Origin: a virus
Taxonomy: Duplodnaviria > Heunggongvirae > Uroviricota > Caudoviricetes
Strand: one strand, 5' to 3'
Virus record (IMG/VR): IMGVR_UViG_3300012979_000001
Location: 1 to 35,374 of that record
Length of the DNA stretch: 35,374 nucleotides
Positions 1 to 8,898 of the stretch are shown piece by piece (within the stretch, counting starts at the first letter, position 1; every line of letters begins with the position of its first letter). The translations under genes were made by a program, and so were the position numbers. The notes under the pieces were generated by a model. That model saw only the letters and a program-made list of their open reading frames with translations. It ran no database searches and was not told the DNA's origin.

Positions 1-1
1 A

Positions 2-223
2 GCACAAGATATTGCAGAAGATTTAATGATAGTAAAGAAAAATAAATTGGGCGCACCATTAGAAGCGGTAATTAAAACAGCTGATGACTTCTGTGAATGG
101 ACTAAAGAATTGGTTGATTTAATTCTTAAAAAAGAGTGGGAAGAACCTAATGTTGGGTTATTGGATGAATTGCTTATTAAAGTATTGAGAATGTATTTTA
201 GGGAGGATGTTTTAAATGAATAA
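2..223 (+). CDS. hypothetical protein, 5'-truncated by window edge
   Basis: Frame of ORF 26..223 is open back to base 2; its stop overlaps the next ATG, which has a GGAGG RBS. Confidence 0.75.
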   Translation, partial: AQDIAEDLMIVKKNKLGAPLEAVIKTADDFCEWTKELVDLILKKEWEEPNVGLLDELLIKVLRMYFREDVLNE

Positions 224-1031
224 TGTAATACTATATAATTTTAAATCTATTATGAGTAATTATAAATTAAATCTTGTTTGTCCATTTATACAAGTTGTTG
301 AATTGGAAGAGGATTGGTACGCGCAAAGATTTTATATAAAACAATTTTTAGAATCTTTTGGAGAGGAATCAGAAGAAAATAAAACAAAATTTATTCGTGC
401 AATTGCTGGCTTAATTAGTGATTGCTACGATGGATATATTGTCTATTGGGACGATTATGATAGAATGCATACAGCATCAGAAATAGATGATGTATTATAC
501 AGAATACAAGAAAGTATTAATAAAAATAAAGAGTTTTTTACTTTTTCTATAAATTCCACTCAAATAAAACCTTTTTTACGAAGAGTTATGCATAGCGCTT
601 TTAATTGCTTTTTTTATGAAAACAAATATATGTGTAAATCTCTACAACAACAAATGGAAAAAATATTAATAGAAGACATTAATTGCTCTGATTTATATTT
701 TGATACATCTATACTTACAATCTTTTTGGGAAAAGAAGATATAAATTGCAAAAAACTAAAAGAAACTTATCTTAAAGAAGTATTTGATATATTTAAAAAA
801 CATAAAACGATTAATTATAAAGCTCTAAATGAAAATATTTACAATGACCATTTTTATGTTGGATTTGGAACGTATAATACAATTCACATATCTTCTTATG
901 GTGACAGAAACATTCTAAATCATTTATTTGAAAATCCAAAAGACATAGAAATCAATATTAATTGTATTTTGTGTGTTTTAAAAGACGTAATAACAGATGC
1001 TATTGGTATGTTTATTGAAGAATTATGTTAG
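216..1031 (+). CDS. hypothetical phage protein (271 aa)
   Basis: Long ORF, GGGAGG RBS, part of tightly packed + strand operon. Confidence 0.85.
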   Translation: MNNVILYNFKSIMSNYKLNLVCPFIQVVELEEDWYAQRFYIKQFLESFGEESEENKTKFIRAIAGLISDCYDGYIVYWDDYDRMHTASEIDDVLYRIQESINKNKEFFTFSINSTQIKPFLRRVMHSAFNCFFYENKYMCKSLQQQMEKILIEDINCSDLYFDTSILTIFLGKEDINCKKLKETYLKEVFDIFKKHKTINYKALNENIYNDHFYVGFGTYNTIHISSYGDRNILNHLFENPKDIEININCILCVLKDVITDAIGMFIEELC

Positions 1032-1044
1032 AAAGGAAATTATA

Positions 1045-1410
1045 ATGAGTAATTATTCTGATGTTAAAAATTTTCTACATAACGAACTTGGTATTACTAA
1101 AGAGTATGTCGAAGAAGTAATTAAAGATACTGTTAAAAAAGAAATTGCATTGTTGATGGGAGATGAATGCTTCATTAGAGGTTTAGTTGAAAAAGAAGTT
1201 CTTGGATGTATTGGTAGAAAAGATAGTAAAAATTGGCACATAATCCACGATTGTAGCAATTGGATTAGTGAAGAAATTAATAATGTTATATTAAATGAAG
1301 TGAAAAATAAATTGGAAATTAGGTTGAAAGATGATAGTGGTTCTATGACCTATGACGAACTAAGAGATTCTTTTGCAGATTATATTTCAACTGTAGATAA
1401 GGAGGATTAA
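1045..1410 (+). CDS. hypothetical phage protein
   Basis: Start moved to ATG 1045 after GAAAGGA RBS. Confidence 0.85.
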   Translation: MSNYSDVKNFLHNELGITKEYVEEVIKDTVKKEIALLMGDECFIRGLVEKEVLGCIGRKDSKNWHIIHDCSNWISEEINNVILNEVKNKLEIRLKDDSGSMTYDELRDSFADYISTVDKED

Positions 1411-1413
1411 TAT

Positions 1414-1755
1414 ATGAAAGTTGTTTTAGAATTTAGTGATGAAGAAAGAACAGAAGCTAAACAAGCTATTAATGCTAGTACAATGGCTTATGCTCTTTGG
1501 GAATTACAAAAATATAGAAGAGATTTATATAAAGGATATGTGAGAAATCGTATTGTTGTTAATGGAGATAGAGTTTTGGATGATGAAACTATTGCTAAAC
1601 AAGCAAAACAATCTTATGCTAAAGAATTGTGTCCTGAAGAAGTAGATGAAACTTTACCACCATTTAAAGATAATAAAGTTTTTATACCAGATGATGACGT
1701 CTTAAATAAAATAGATGAAATATTATATATAGTAAGGGATGTTTTAGATGAATAA
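1414..1755 (+). CDS. hypothetical phage protein
   Basis: AAGGAGG RBS; operon packing. Confidence 0.85.
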   Translation: MKVVLEFSDEERTEAKQAINASTMAYALWELQKYRRDLYKGYVRNRIVVNGDRVLDDETIAKQAKQSYAKELCPEEVDETLPPFKDNKVFIPDDDVLNKIDEILYIVRDVLDE

Positions 1756-2128
1756 TAAAGTTATATTGTTTGGAGAAGAAATTGTATTAGATAAAACTAT
1801 ATATGTTACAATGGATAATAGCTGGAAGTTGTTTGATATATGTCCTGATGCATTAAAAGACTACTGCTATGCTGGAGATTATATTAAAACTTGCCAAGCT
1901 ATTAAAGAGAATAGACCTAATATTATTACTCCTATTACTAAATTCGTTTCTAGCAGTGTTATGGAACTTGGATATGAAATTATTGTTCAATGTAAAGATA
2001 AGGCTGTTAGATTTAGTGAATTGTTAATGGGAAGTGTTGATGGTAGTTTTGGTAGAGAAATTAGAGAAACACAAAATTGGGAACGAATGTTATTTTCTGG
2101 ATGTTTCGACTTAGACCTTTCGGTTTAG
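1748..2128 (+). CDS. hypothetical phage protein
   Basis: Overlaps upstream stop; ends CFDLDLSV-TAG; diverged in-frame copy of the 3' end follows (see findings). Confidence 0.85.
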   Translation: MNNKVILFGEEIVLDKTIYVTMDNSWKLFDICPDALKDYCYAGDYIKTCQAIKENRPNIITPITKFVSSSVMELGYEIIVQCKDKAVRFSELLMGSVDGSFGREIRETQNWERMLFSGCFDLDLSV

Positions 2129-2216
2129 TCTCTACATCGAAAACAAGAACTCGTTTTCACTCGTTGTTATTTTGAATGTTTCGATTTAGATTTATCTATT
2201 TAAAGGAGAGATAAAA

Positions 2217-2423
2217 ATGAAAAAAGATACTTTTAGTGTTAAAACTTTTGTTATTATTATATTGATATTCTTTATTATCGTCTTGGTTGATGGTAATTGG
2301 CAAAAAACTAAAGAACTTGTTGATAAACAAAAAAAGATTGATGCAATTGAAATACAAATAAGAAGCCTTTGGGAGAATGTTCAACAACTTCAGGAAGAGG
2401 TATTTAATAATGACAAACAATAA
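2217..2423 (+). CDS. small membrane-anchored coiled-coil protein
   Basis: AAAGGAG RBS; hydrophobic FVIIILIFFIIVLV followed by a heptad-like segment. Confidence 0.8.
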   Translation: MKKDTFSVKTFVIIILIFFIIVLVDGNWQKTKELVDKQKKIDAIEIQIRSLWENVQQLQEEVFNNDKQ

Positions 2424-2901
2424 ATTTAGAATATTTGTGGATGGAAGTTATGATGAAAGATGTGGTATCGGCACTATTGCCTACCATATCCAACCAGACG
2501 TTGAAGGTATCAAACTTAATATCGCAAACAATGTTTTTGCCACTAGAGTGTTTCATTGCAAAAATTCATTTGATGCAGAAATATGTGCTATTGGTCTTGG
2601 ATTTGATATGGTTAGAAAATTAGTTGGAGTATTTCCTATTCTTAAAACTATTCCTATTAGAGTTAAGTCTGATAACCTTTGGCTTGTTAAATATATTACA
2701 AAAGGTACTTGGAAAACAGATGAAAATTTGGATTTGTGTTATGTTGAGGATATTCAACATTTGGAAGATTGCTATAAGTGGCTTAAAGAAGAATTGCCTA
2801 ATTTCAAATTGAGCTATATTAATAGTAAAAATAATTTGGCTCATAAGAATGCTTATGAAATGCTAAGATTAGAAAGAGGGTTGTTGGATTGGATAAAGTA
2901 A
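2410..2901 (+). CDS. RNase H-like (RNase HI fold) nuclease
   Basis: Motifs IFVDGS, NSFDAEICAI, VKSDNLWLV and NNLAHKNA follow the RNase HI D-E-D-(D/H) order; start moved to ATG 2410 after GAGG. Confidence 0.8.
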   Translation: MTNNKFRIFVDGSYDERCGIGTIAYHIQPDVEGIKLNIANNVFATRVFHCKNSFDAEICAIGLGFDMVRKLVGVFPILKTIPIRVKSDNLWLVKYITKGTWKTDENLDLCYVEDIQHLEDCYKWLKEELPNFKLSYINSKNNLAHKNAYEMLRLERGLLDWIK

Positions 2902-3164
2902 TTTGTAAAGGTATTATTGACGCTTTAGATGGAATGTTGGACTCTAAAGGTATGATTGTAAGAGATAAGGAAACTGGTAAAAGATTAGAGTTGGATTCCG
3001 ACAAAGTCGATATTGAGGTAAGGGCTGAAGAATATTTTGGATGTCATATGGTTACATATGTTTTGATGAATATGTTTAAAGATGGTAAGGTTGAATTTTG
3101 TTGTGATGAGGATGATAGAGATTTGAAATATTTGATGAAGTTGATAGATGATACTGAGGAGTAA
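2889..3164 (+). CDS. hypothetical acidic protein
   Basis: TTG start after GAGGG; followed by terminator. Confidence 0.75.
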   Translation: MDKVICKGIIDALDGMLDSKGMIVRDKETGKRLELDSDKVDIEVRAEEYFGCHMVTYVLMNMFKDGKVEFCCDEDDRDLKYLMKLIDDTEE

Positions 3165-3182
3165 AACCTCAGTATTTTTTTT
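3151..3182 (+). terminator. intrinsic terminator
   Basis: ATACTGAGG-agtaaaa-CCTCAGTAT followed by a T run. Confidence 0.85.
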
Positions 3183-3204
3183 ACTTAAAAATATATAAAA
3201 ATAC

Positions 3205-3233
3205 TTGACAAGTATTTTGAAATACTATATAAT
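3205..3233 (+). promoter_or_regulatory. sigma70/SigA promoter with palindrome over the -35
   Basis: TTGACA(3205-3210)-17 bp-TATAAT(3228-3233); perfect 10-bp inverted repeat 3198-3218. Confidence 0.85.
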
Positions 3234-3290
3234 ATATGTAATGTAAAACAAAATACATATTATATATATTTTTGAAAGGATGATTTTATA

Positions 3291-4103
3291 ATGAAAGAAA
3301 ATGAAAGTAAAATAAAACAACTTAAAATTAATGCAAAAGACGACTTTTGTTTTGATACAAAAACTTGGTATAAAAATACTAAACCATTTAGTTATCAAAT
3401 AAATGCTGCTGGATTGTCTTTACCAAAAGTAGATGTTACAACTTGGGCAGGATTACTTAGAGGTGTAGTGCAAGACTTACAAGTCAATATTAATAAAACT
3501 GAAAACTTTGAAGAAAAATTTAATAATATTATGACAGATGTTTTTAAAACAAACGGATTCCAATTTAATACAAACTTCTCTCAAACTTTATTTGAAGATG
3601 ATTCTTTTATTACAAGTACTGTATATAGAAACAATCAGAATCATAAATTGGAAGTTTGTAAAGGAAAATATATCTGCGCTGTTTATACTTCAGAAGTAAT
3701 TACAGTTATTAATGGTATTGTTAAAGCTATCGGTGGAGATTGTGAGGTAATAATTACATATGAAATTAGAAAAGGGAATATAAGAAATGATTTTATAGAT
3801 TTGTCAAAAAATATAAATGATTTACTTGATAGCGTTCCTGACAATGAAAAAAAAGAAGTTAGTAGAGAAGTTGTAAAAATGTTAAAAGATAATCTTGATG
3901 GACGTTGTTTTGAAGATGAGGATGGTTTTAGATTTATCTTTGAAATTCACGACGAAACTCAAGATAGAATTTTGGAGGAAAGACATTTTAAGGGAATTTG
4001 TAATACAATTAGTAATATTAAAAAACAAATTGAACAAATTGAAACTATATTAAAAATTTTACCATTTAAATATGAAGAGGATGATGAGGATGGTGATGAA
4101 TAA
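3291..4103 (+). CDS. hypothetical phage protein (270 aa, acidic tail)
   Basis: GAAAGGA RBS; downstream of promoter; C-terminus EEDDEDGDE. Confidence 0.85.
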   Translation: MKENESKIKQLKINAKDDFCFDTKTWYKNTKPFSYQINAAGLSLPKVDVTTWAGLLRGVVQDLQVNINKTENFEEKFNNIMTDVFKTNGFQFNTNFSQTLFEDDSFITSTVYRNNQNHKLEVCKGKYICAVYTSEVITVINGIVKAIGGDCEVIITYEIRKGNIRNDFIDLSKNINDLLDSVPDNEKKEVSREVVKMLKDNLDGRCFEDEDGFRFIFEIHDETQDRILEERHFKGICNTISNIKKQIEQIETILKILPFKYEEDDEDGDE

Positions 4104-4402
4104 TGGCAAAGGGAGATTGGAGAAATAAACCTATTACAGACAAACAAATATGGATGTTGTCATTTGCTGATGAATGGTTTACTGCGGAAAGATTAAATAA
4201 AATGACTAGAGGCGAAGCATCTGATTATATTGAAGAATATTATAGTAATAAGGGTGATTTTAAAGAGAAGTGTAATCAGAGACGTAAGAAAGAGATGTAC
4301 GAAGAATTGAAAAATAAAAATATAAAAATTGATGATGTTGTAAAAAGTGTTGTCAATGAGGCTACTAAAATTATTCTTGAAAAATATGGAATAGGATTGT
4401 AG
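4103..4402 (+). CDS. small protein with WRxxPxTxKQ...TRGEASxxI motif (DUF3072-like / helicase C-terminal module)
   Basis: TAATG coupling; motif recognised by eye, family assignment tentative. Confidence 0.7.
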   Translation: MAKGDWRNKPITDKQIWMLSFADEWFTAERLNKMTRGEASDYIEEYYSNKGDFKEKCNQRRKKEMYEELKNKNIKIDDVVKSVVNEATKIILEKYGIGL

Positions 4403-4422
4403 GATTGTAGAATTGTAGGATT
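4392..4422 (+). repeat. 8-bp tandem repeat (TAGGATTG) x~4
   Basis: taggattg taggattg tagaattg taggatt across the stop of the last + strand gene. Confidence 0.8.
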
Positions 4423-4433
4423 TAGAGTGTTTT

Positions 4434-4468
4434 AGGGTGGTCGGTATTTTAGGGTACCACCCTTTTTT
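4434..4468 (+). terminator. intrinsic terminator ending the + strand cluster
   Basis: AGGGTGGT...ACCACCCT followed by a T run. Confidence 0.65.
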
Positions 4469-4551
4469 GATTTGGTGGAAATGTAAAAGGTGGGGGAGGT
4501 ATGGTGAGGTGATTTGGTGGGTCGAAACGGATGTGCATATAGCCCAAAAAG

Positions 4552-4616
4552 CGAACAAAAGTTTGATAATTATGTAAATACGCCCCCGAACAACTGTTTG
4601 ACCGAACAACTGTTTT
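4552..4616. promoter_or_regulatory. LexA/DinR-type boxes (single box plus tandem pair)
   Basis: CGAACAAAAGTTTG 4552-4565; CGAACAACTGTTTG 4587-4600; CGAACAACTGTTTT 4603-4616 (GAAC-N4-GTTY). Confidence 0.6.
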
Positions 4617-4943
4617 TTAAGAAAAATTTTTTCTGCAAAATTTTTTTCTGTTCGACCTCTGCAAAATTTTTTTTGCGTGGGGGCGTTCTCTTTTTATTTG
4701 TTAGTAAAGAAAATAAAAAGAATAAATAAAATAATATATGCAATTATAAAAAGCATTTGTTTTTCACTCCTTTTTTGTTTAATATTCAATTATATAATTT
4801 GAATAGAAATAATTTTCTAGTGCCTCTTGTTCGTAATAATCATTTTTATTTTGTATATTCTGCAAAATGCTTTTTAAATTGCCTTGTTCGTTCGTTCCGT
4901 TCCTGTTCCATTTTTTCAACTCCTCTGCATCTTTTTAATTTTT

Positions 4944-5183
4944 TTATTGTTTGTTTATTTCTGCTATTGTTTGTTTGATTAGGATATACCCACAAACAAC
5001 CATAAACGATATACAAACGACCTTGTTTGTTGTGCATAGTTCAACAACTGCTCCAAGTGTTGCGAATAATAAAACGATTGTTGCTGTTGCTACTGCTCCT
5101 GTTATAATGTAATAGATTAGTTTTGCAATTAAATTTTCAATTGTGTTTTTAATTTGATTTTTTTTCATTTGATTTTTTTTCAT
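4944..5183 (-). CDS. small membrane protein (two hydrophobic segments)
   Basis: AGGAG RBS; hydrophobic stretches; MKKNQ duplicated at N-terminus. Confidence 0.75.
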   Translation of the reverse strand: MKKNQMKKNQIKNTIENLIAKLIYYIITGAVATATIVLLFATLGAVVELCTTNKVVCISFMVVCGYILIKQTIAEINKQ

Positions 5184-5288
5184 TTTTTCTACTCCTATTT
5201 TTTTATTTTAGGGACAACAAATTATTTTTTTTAATTTGTAAATACAAGTTTGTCGATTTTGTTGTTTATATCTGCTAACATTATTTTT

Positions 5289-5582
5289 TCAATTTTCTCG
5301 ACCTGTTTGTCTGTTCCTGTTAATACTATAAAGAAAAACTGTTTGCCGTTCTCTTTTGATTTTGTTCAATTGTTTTGCAATTTCATTTTGAATAGTGCTT
5401 GTAGTTCTGCTATAATAATTACAATTTATTTCTAACTCTAACGATTGACAACTTTTGTTGCCGTTCCATTTTGCAATAGTTGTGTTGTAGTTAATTAGTC
5501 GATTTTCTTCTATTCTTAAATGTTGTGTTTTGCCTTTTTCTGCTCCTGCTAAAAAAAGTGTTATTACTTGTTTGTTTGTCAT
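5289..5582 (-). CDS. hypothetical early phage protein (YxTxIA...YSxTT motif)
   Basis: AAGGAGG RBS; downstream of promoter 5635-5663. Confidence 0.85.
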   Translation of the reverse strand: MTNKQVITLFLAGAEKGKTQHLRIEENRLINYNTTIAKWNGNKSCQSLELEINCNYYSRTTSTIQNEIAKQLNKIKRERQTVFLYSINRNRQTGREN

Positions 5583-5634
5583 TTTTTGTTCCTCCTTCTA
5601 AATAAATATATTCAATTTGTTATCCCTTGCCATT

Positions 5635-5663
5635 ATTCTACTATAAATAACAAAATATTACAA
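5635..5663 (-). promoter_or_regulatory. SigA-type promoter (variant)
   Basis: TTGTAA-17-TAGAAT on - strand. Confidence 0.6.
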
Positions 5664-6037
5664 GACTTTTTACAAAAGTTTTTATTTTTTTTTGTAATTT
5701 TTTTTGTAATAGTATTATTATGTATCTTTTTATTTTTTTTATTCTTTTTTATGGACAAAATATATGGGCAAAATGTATGCACTTTTGTCTACATTTACAC
5801 AAATTTTATATTATAATATAAAACTCTTAAAATACGCTAATATTGTATATTGGTTGTCGTTCGACGTTTTGCAATATTGGGCGTTTTCAGGTGATTTTTT
5901 AATATTGCAACTTTAGTTGTGAACTGCAAGTTTTTTTGTTTTATTGAACGCTTAAAATCGTTTTATAGGCGTTTTAATTGCTAAGGTATATAATAATATA
6001 TAATCATTTATAAAATAACAAAAAAAAGCTAAGTGTA

Positions 6038-6352
6038 TTACATACACTCAGCTTGTTTTATTTCAGTTGTTTCAAGTAAAATACTCTCTTGGTTTAATAA
6101 TGTTTTTATATCGTTTAATGCTCTTACAACTTGTATATTCTCCACAAAAAACATCTCAACTATTATATTTTTTTCAAATACTATATCGCCGTTATCGTGT
6201 TTATATACTCCGTTTTTTATATCGTATGTTATACACTCTATTCCTTGCTTACATAATGCATTATATACCATTTTAACTGCAACATCAGTTGGTATCTCCT
6301 GTTTTTTAGTATCCTTGTCATTTAATCCTATAAACATTGTAAATTTCTCCAT
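6038..6352 (-). CDS. DUF3574-like protein
   Basis: IGLNDKDT...GVYKHDNG...LNQESIL pattern recognised by eye; GAGGTG RBS. Confidence 0.7.
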   Translation of the reverse strand: MEKFTMFIGLNDKDTKKQEIPTDVAVKMVYNALCKQGIECITYDIKNGVYKHDNGDIVFEKNIIVEMFFVENIQVVRALNDIKTLLNQESILLETTEIKQAECM

Positions 6353-6409
6353 AATATATACACCTCTTAAAATATATTCGTAACTAACTTTATATCAGCT
6401 ACTATAAAC

Positions 6410-6438
6410 ATTATAACATACTTTATATAATATGTCAA
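6410..6438 (-). promoter_or_regulatory. SigA consensus promoter
   Basis: TTGACA-17-TATAAT, extended -10 TG. Confidence 0.9.
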
Positions 6439-6643
6439 TAATATTATATAAAATTATTAAAATTTTTATACATTTTTTTGAAATATTTTTTTTGATATTT
6501 ATATAATGTTTTATATATCTATATAATATTTTATATGTATTACTTTATATAAATTTATTTTATAACTTGCTTTATCGCGTGTACGCGTTTCATTCCGTAA
6601 ATTTATATTATTGTAAATATTCCTATAATTGCAAATATTCCAC

Positions 6644-6910
6644 TTATTTTATAAGTGGAATATCGTTATTCATATAATAATAATATACTTTGTTTTCATT
6701 ATCTATATCTAATACTACATCAGTATCAGTTATAATATATTCTTTATCTTCTAGTGTGTTTTTATCAATAATGTTTACTGTCTTTACTTTAATTTCTTTT
6801 TGTAAACAACTGTCTACTCCACCACACCAATATGGTCTTGCATAAATTTCTCCCTCTTTTAATCCTAAGTATAAAGTTCTGTTTCCAATAGATACAACTA
6901 AGTTCTCCAT
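6644..6910 (-). CDS. hypothetical early protein
   Basis: Start moved to ATG 6910 after AAAGGTGG; the track start lay in the promoter. Confidence 0.85.
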   Translation of the reverse strand: MENLVVSIGNRTLYLGLKEGEIYARPYWCGGVDSCLQKEIKVKTVNIIDKNTLEDKEYIITDTDVVLDIDNENKVYYYYMNNDIPLIK

Positions 6911-6947
6911 AACTATGTACCACCTTTCCTCTTCAAATTCTATATAC

Positions 6948-6976
6948 ATTATAACATATATTTTACACTTTGTCAA
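6948..6976 (-). promoter_or_regulatory. SigA consensus promoter
   Basis: TTGACA-17-TATAAT, extended -10. Confidence 0.9.
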
Positions 6977-6984
6977 TAGTTTAT

Positions 6985-7091
6985 TAAAAAAAATTTTAAA
7001 ATTTTAAAAAACTAAAAATCTAAAATCTAAAAAACTAAAAATTCAAATTTTTAAAAATCTAAAAATCTAAAAATTTAAAATTCTAAAAAAA
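6985..7091. repeat. degenerate A-tract tandem repeat ((C/T)TAAAAAT units)
   Basis: About a dozen 7-9 bp A-tract units directly upstream of promoter 6948-6976. Confidence 0.7.
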
Positions 7092-7118
7092 TAAAATAGG
7101 ACTTTATGTCCTATTTTA
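7085..7118 (-). terminator. intrinsic terminator
   Basis: TAAAATAGGAC-tttat-GTCCTATTTTA hairpin with T run on - strand. Confidence 0.8.
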
Positions 7119-7344
7119 AATTTAAAACTTTTATTTCATATGAGTGGCTTTTACTGTCGAACTCATACCAATTTTTTAATAATCTTTTTTTAACAATTTT
7201 ATTTCTTTCAATTTCTTCTGGAGTTAGTCTGCTTTCTATAAATGCTATTGCATCTTCTTTTGTTTTATAACACTCTTGGCTAACTTTTACTCCTGTAAAT
7301 TTTAAATCCATATTACTTTTACATATAACAATATAAATTTCCAT
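7111..7344 (-). CDS. hypothetical early protein
   Basis: AAAGGTGG RBS; own promoter. Confidence 0.85.
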   Translation of the reverse strand: MEIYIVICKSNMDLKFTGVKVSQECYKTKEDAIAFIESRLTPEEIERNKIVKKRLLKNWYEFDSKSHSYEIKVLNLK

Positions 7345-7377
7345 TTAAAAATTCCACCTTTCTTAATTTCTAACTAT

Positions 7378-7406
7378 ATTATAACATATATTTTACAACT
7401 TGTCAA
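7378..7406 (-). promoter_or_regulatory. SigA consensus promoter
   Basis: TTGACA-17-TATAAT, extended -10. Confidence 0.9.
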
Positions 7407-7415
7407 TAGGATTTA

Positions 7416-7670
7416 TTAAAATTCATAAATCCTATAACTCCACCCCGTAGGATAACAACTTTCTTCTATTAGTTTAGCATTTGGATAGTTTTCTGCAATA
7501 TATTTCATACAGTCTTTAAAATTTTTTTCTTCACTGTATATATGTTTTGTAAATGTTTCTTTGATTTCTTCATTTTCAAATAAATTAACATTACTTTTGT
7601 TTATCCAATATTTATCGTTAATATGTAAATCGTTTTCCTCATAAAATGTTACTCTTAAATAATTTTTCAT
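7416..7670 (-). CDS. hypothetical early protein
   Basis: ATG 7670 after GAGGAG. Confidence 0.85.
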   Translation of the reverse strand: MKNYLRVTFYEENDLHINDKYWINKSNVNLFENEEIKETFTKHIYSEEKNFKDCMKYIAENYPNAKLIEESCYPTGWSYRIYEF

Positions 7671-7700
7671 AAAAATCACTCCTCTTCAAATTCTACATAT

Positions 7701-7729
7701 ATTATACCATATATTTTATAATTTGTCAA
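7701..7729 (-). promoter_or_regulatory. SigA consensus promoter
   Basis: TTGACA-17-TATAAT, extended -10. Confidence 0.9.
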
Positions 7730-7757
7730 TATTAAAATTTAAAAATTTAAAAAAAAT

Positions 7758-7801
7758 AAAAATAGAACTTTAAAATTTTAAATTTTAAAAATTCTATTTT
7801 T
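7758..7801. terminator. long AT-rich hairpin, probable terminator
   Basis: AAAAATAGAA...TTCTATTTTT with internal TTTAAAATTT/AAATTTTAAA symmetry. Confidence 0.55.
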
Positions 7802-7831
7802 TATATATATTTATTTTAAAAGGTGGCTAAT

Positions 7832-8089
7832 TTATTGTTGTATAGTTCTTTTTTCAATTTTAAATTCTTCTATACAATTTCCATTATATCCAATACATAT
7901 TGCATCTTCTTCAATATCTTCAAATTCAATAGTCAATTCATTTTCTTCACACTCTGCAATAATTTCCTCGTATATTACTTTTAATTCTTCTCTTGCTCCT
8001 GCAAGTGTTGTTTGTACTGCATTTTCTCCTAATGTTACATAATCTGCATCAGTATTACATATATGTCCTATTATTACATAAACTTCCAT
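7832..8089 (-). CDS. hypothetical acidic protein
   Basis: GAAAGGA RBS; very E/D rich. Confidence 0.85.
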   Translation of the reverse strand: MEVYVIIGHICNTDADYVTLGENAVQTTLAGAREELKVIYEEIIAECEENELTIEFEDIEEDAICIGYNGNCIEEFKIEKRTIQQ

Positions 8090-8108
8090 AATCTAAAAAT
8101 TCCTTTCT

Positions 8109-8429
8109 TTAAATTTCTTCCCACAATTCACTTATATTAAGTATTTCAGTTAAATCTACTTTCATTTCTGCATAAAGTTCGTGTGCCTGTGTATAATATT
8201 TTTCTGCATAGCTTTCAGTTTCAGTTTCCATAATTATATAATTCATTTTAAAAATACTATATAATAATTTTTCTGCTCTTTCAAATTCTTCCCAATCATA
8301 AGCAACATCACTTTTGCATAATGTAGTTTTTTCATAATCTTGCAATTCTTCTTGTATTGTTTCTAACCAATGCAAATCTCCAATATATGCCTTTTTTATT
8401 CTTTCTTTACTTTCTTTTGATAACTGCAT
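8109..8429 (-). CDS. hypothetical acidic protein
   Basis: ATG 8429 after AGGAG. Confidence 0.85.
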   Translation of the reverse strand: MQLSKESKERIKKAYIGDLHWLETIQEELQDYEKTTLCKSDVAYDWEEFERAEKLLYSIFKMNYIIMETETESYAEKYYTQAHELYAEMKVDLTEILNISELWEEI

Positions 8430-8440
8430 TTTTATCACTC

Positions 8441-8620
8441 CTAATTACAATATAATTTTTCTTTAAAATCTCCAAAATTAAAAATATCAAATTTTCTTCC
8501 ATTTATTTTTAATTTGTCATTCCCTTTGAAATATTCCTGTGTACAAAATTCAACTGCCTTTTCTTCTTCTAATACAATAATATTATTTGTGTTTAATTCT
8601 ATTTCTACTGTTCTATTCAT
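8441..8620 (-). CDS. hypothetical protein (59 aa)
   Basis: ATG 8620 after GAAAGGA. Confidence 0.75.
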   Translation of the reverse strand: MNRTVEIELNTNNIIVLEEEKAVEFCTQEYFKGNDKLKINGRKFDIFNFGDFKEKLYCN

Positions 8621-8665
8621 TGCAATTCCTTTCTTGTTATATTGCAAGGGCTTTTGCCCTCACAA

Positions 8666-8866
8666 TTAACATTCAAAATAATATATTAAATCCATTGTGT
8701 CTTTTACTTTGTTCTTTGCAAAATCCAATTCTAATGCCTCTATTTGTTCTTCAGTTGCATCTTCTTCTATTGTTCTTAATAGTCTGCCGTAAAATCCTTG
8801 ACTTTTTGCAAGTTCCCTCATTATTTCTTTTGCCTTTTCAATGTTCATAAATTTTTCTTTTTCCAT
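8666..8866 (-). CDS. hypothetical protein (LAKSQGFYGRLL motif)
   Basis: ATG 8866 after AAAGGTGG. Confidence 0.85.
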   Translation of the reverse strand: MEKEKFMNIEKAKEIMRELAKSQGFYGRLLRTIEEDATEEQIEALELDFAKNKVKDTMDLIYYFEC

Positions 8867-8898
8867 AATATATTCCACCTTTCCTTAACTTTAACTAT

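Noticed and set aside
4846..4911. Possible 21-aa ORF MEQERNERTRQF... containing five GTTC half-sites
   Set aside because: An RBS is present but coding versus repeat origin cannot be distinguished; the half-sites are not paired as LexA boxes
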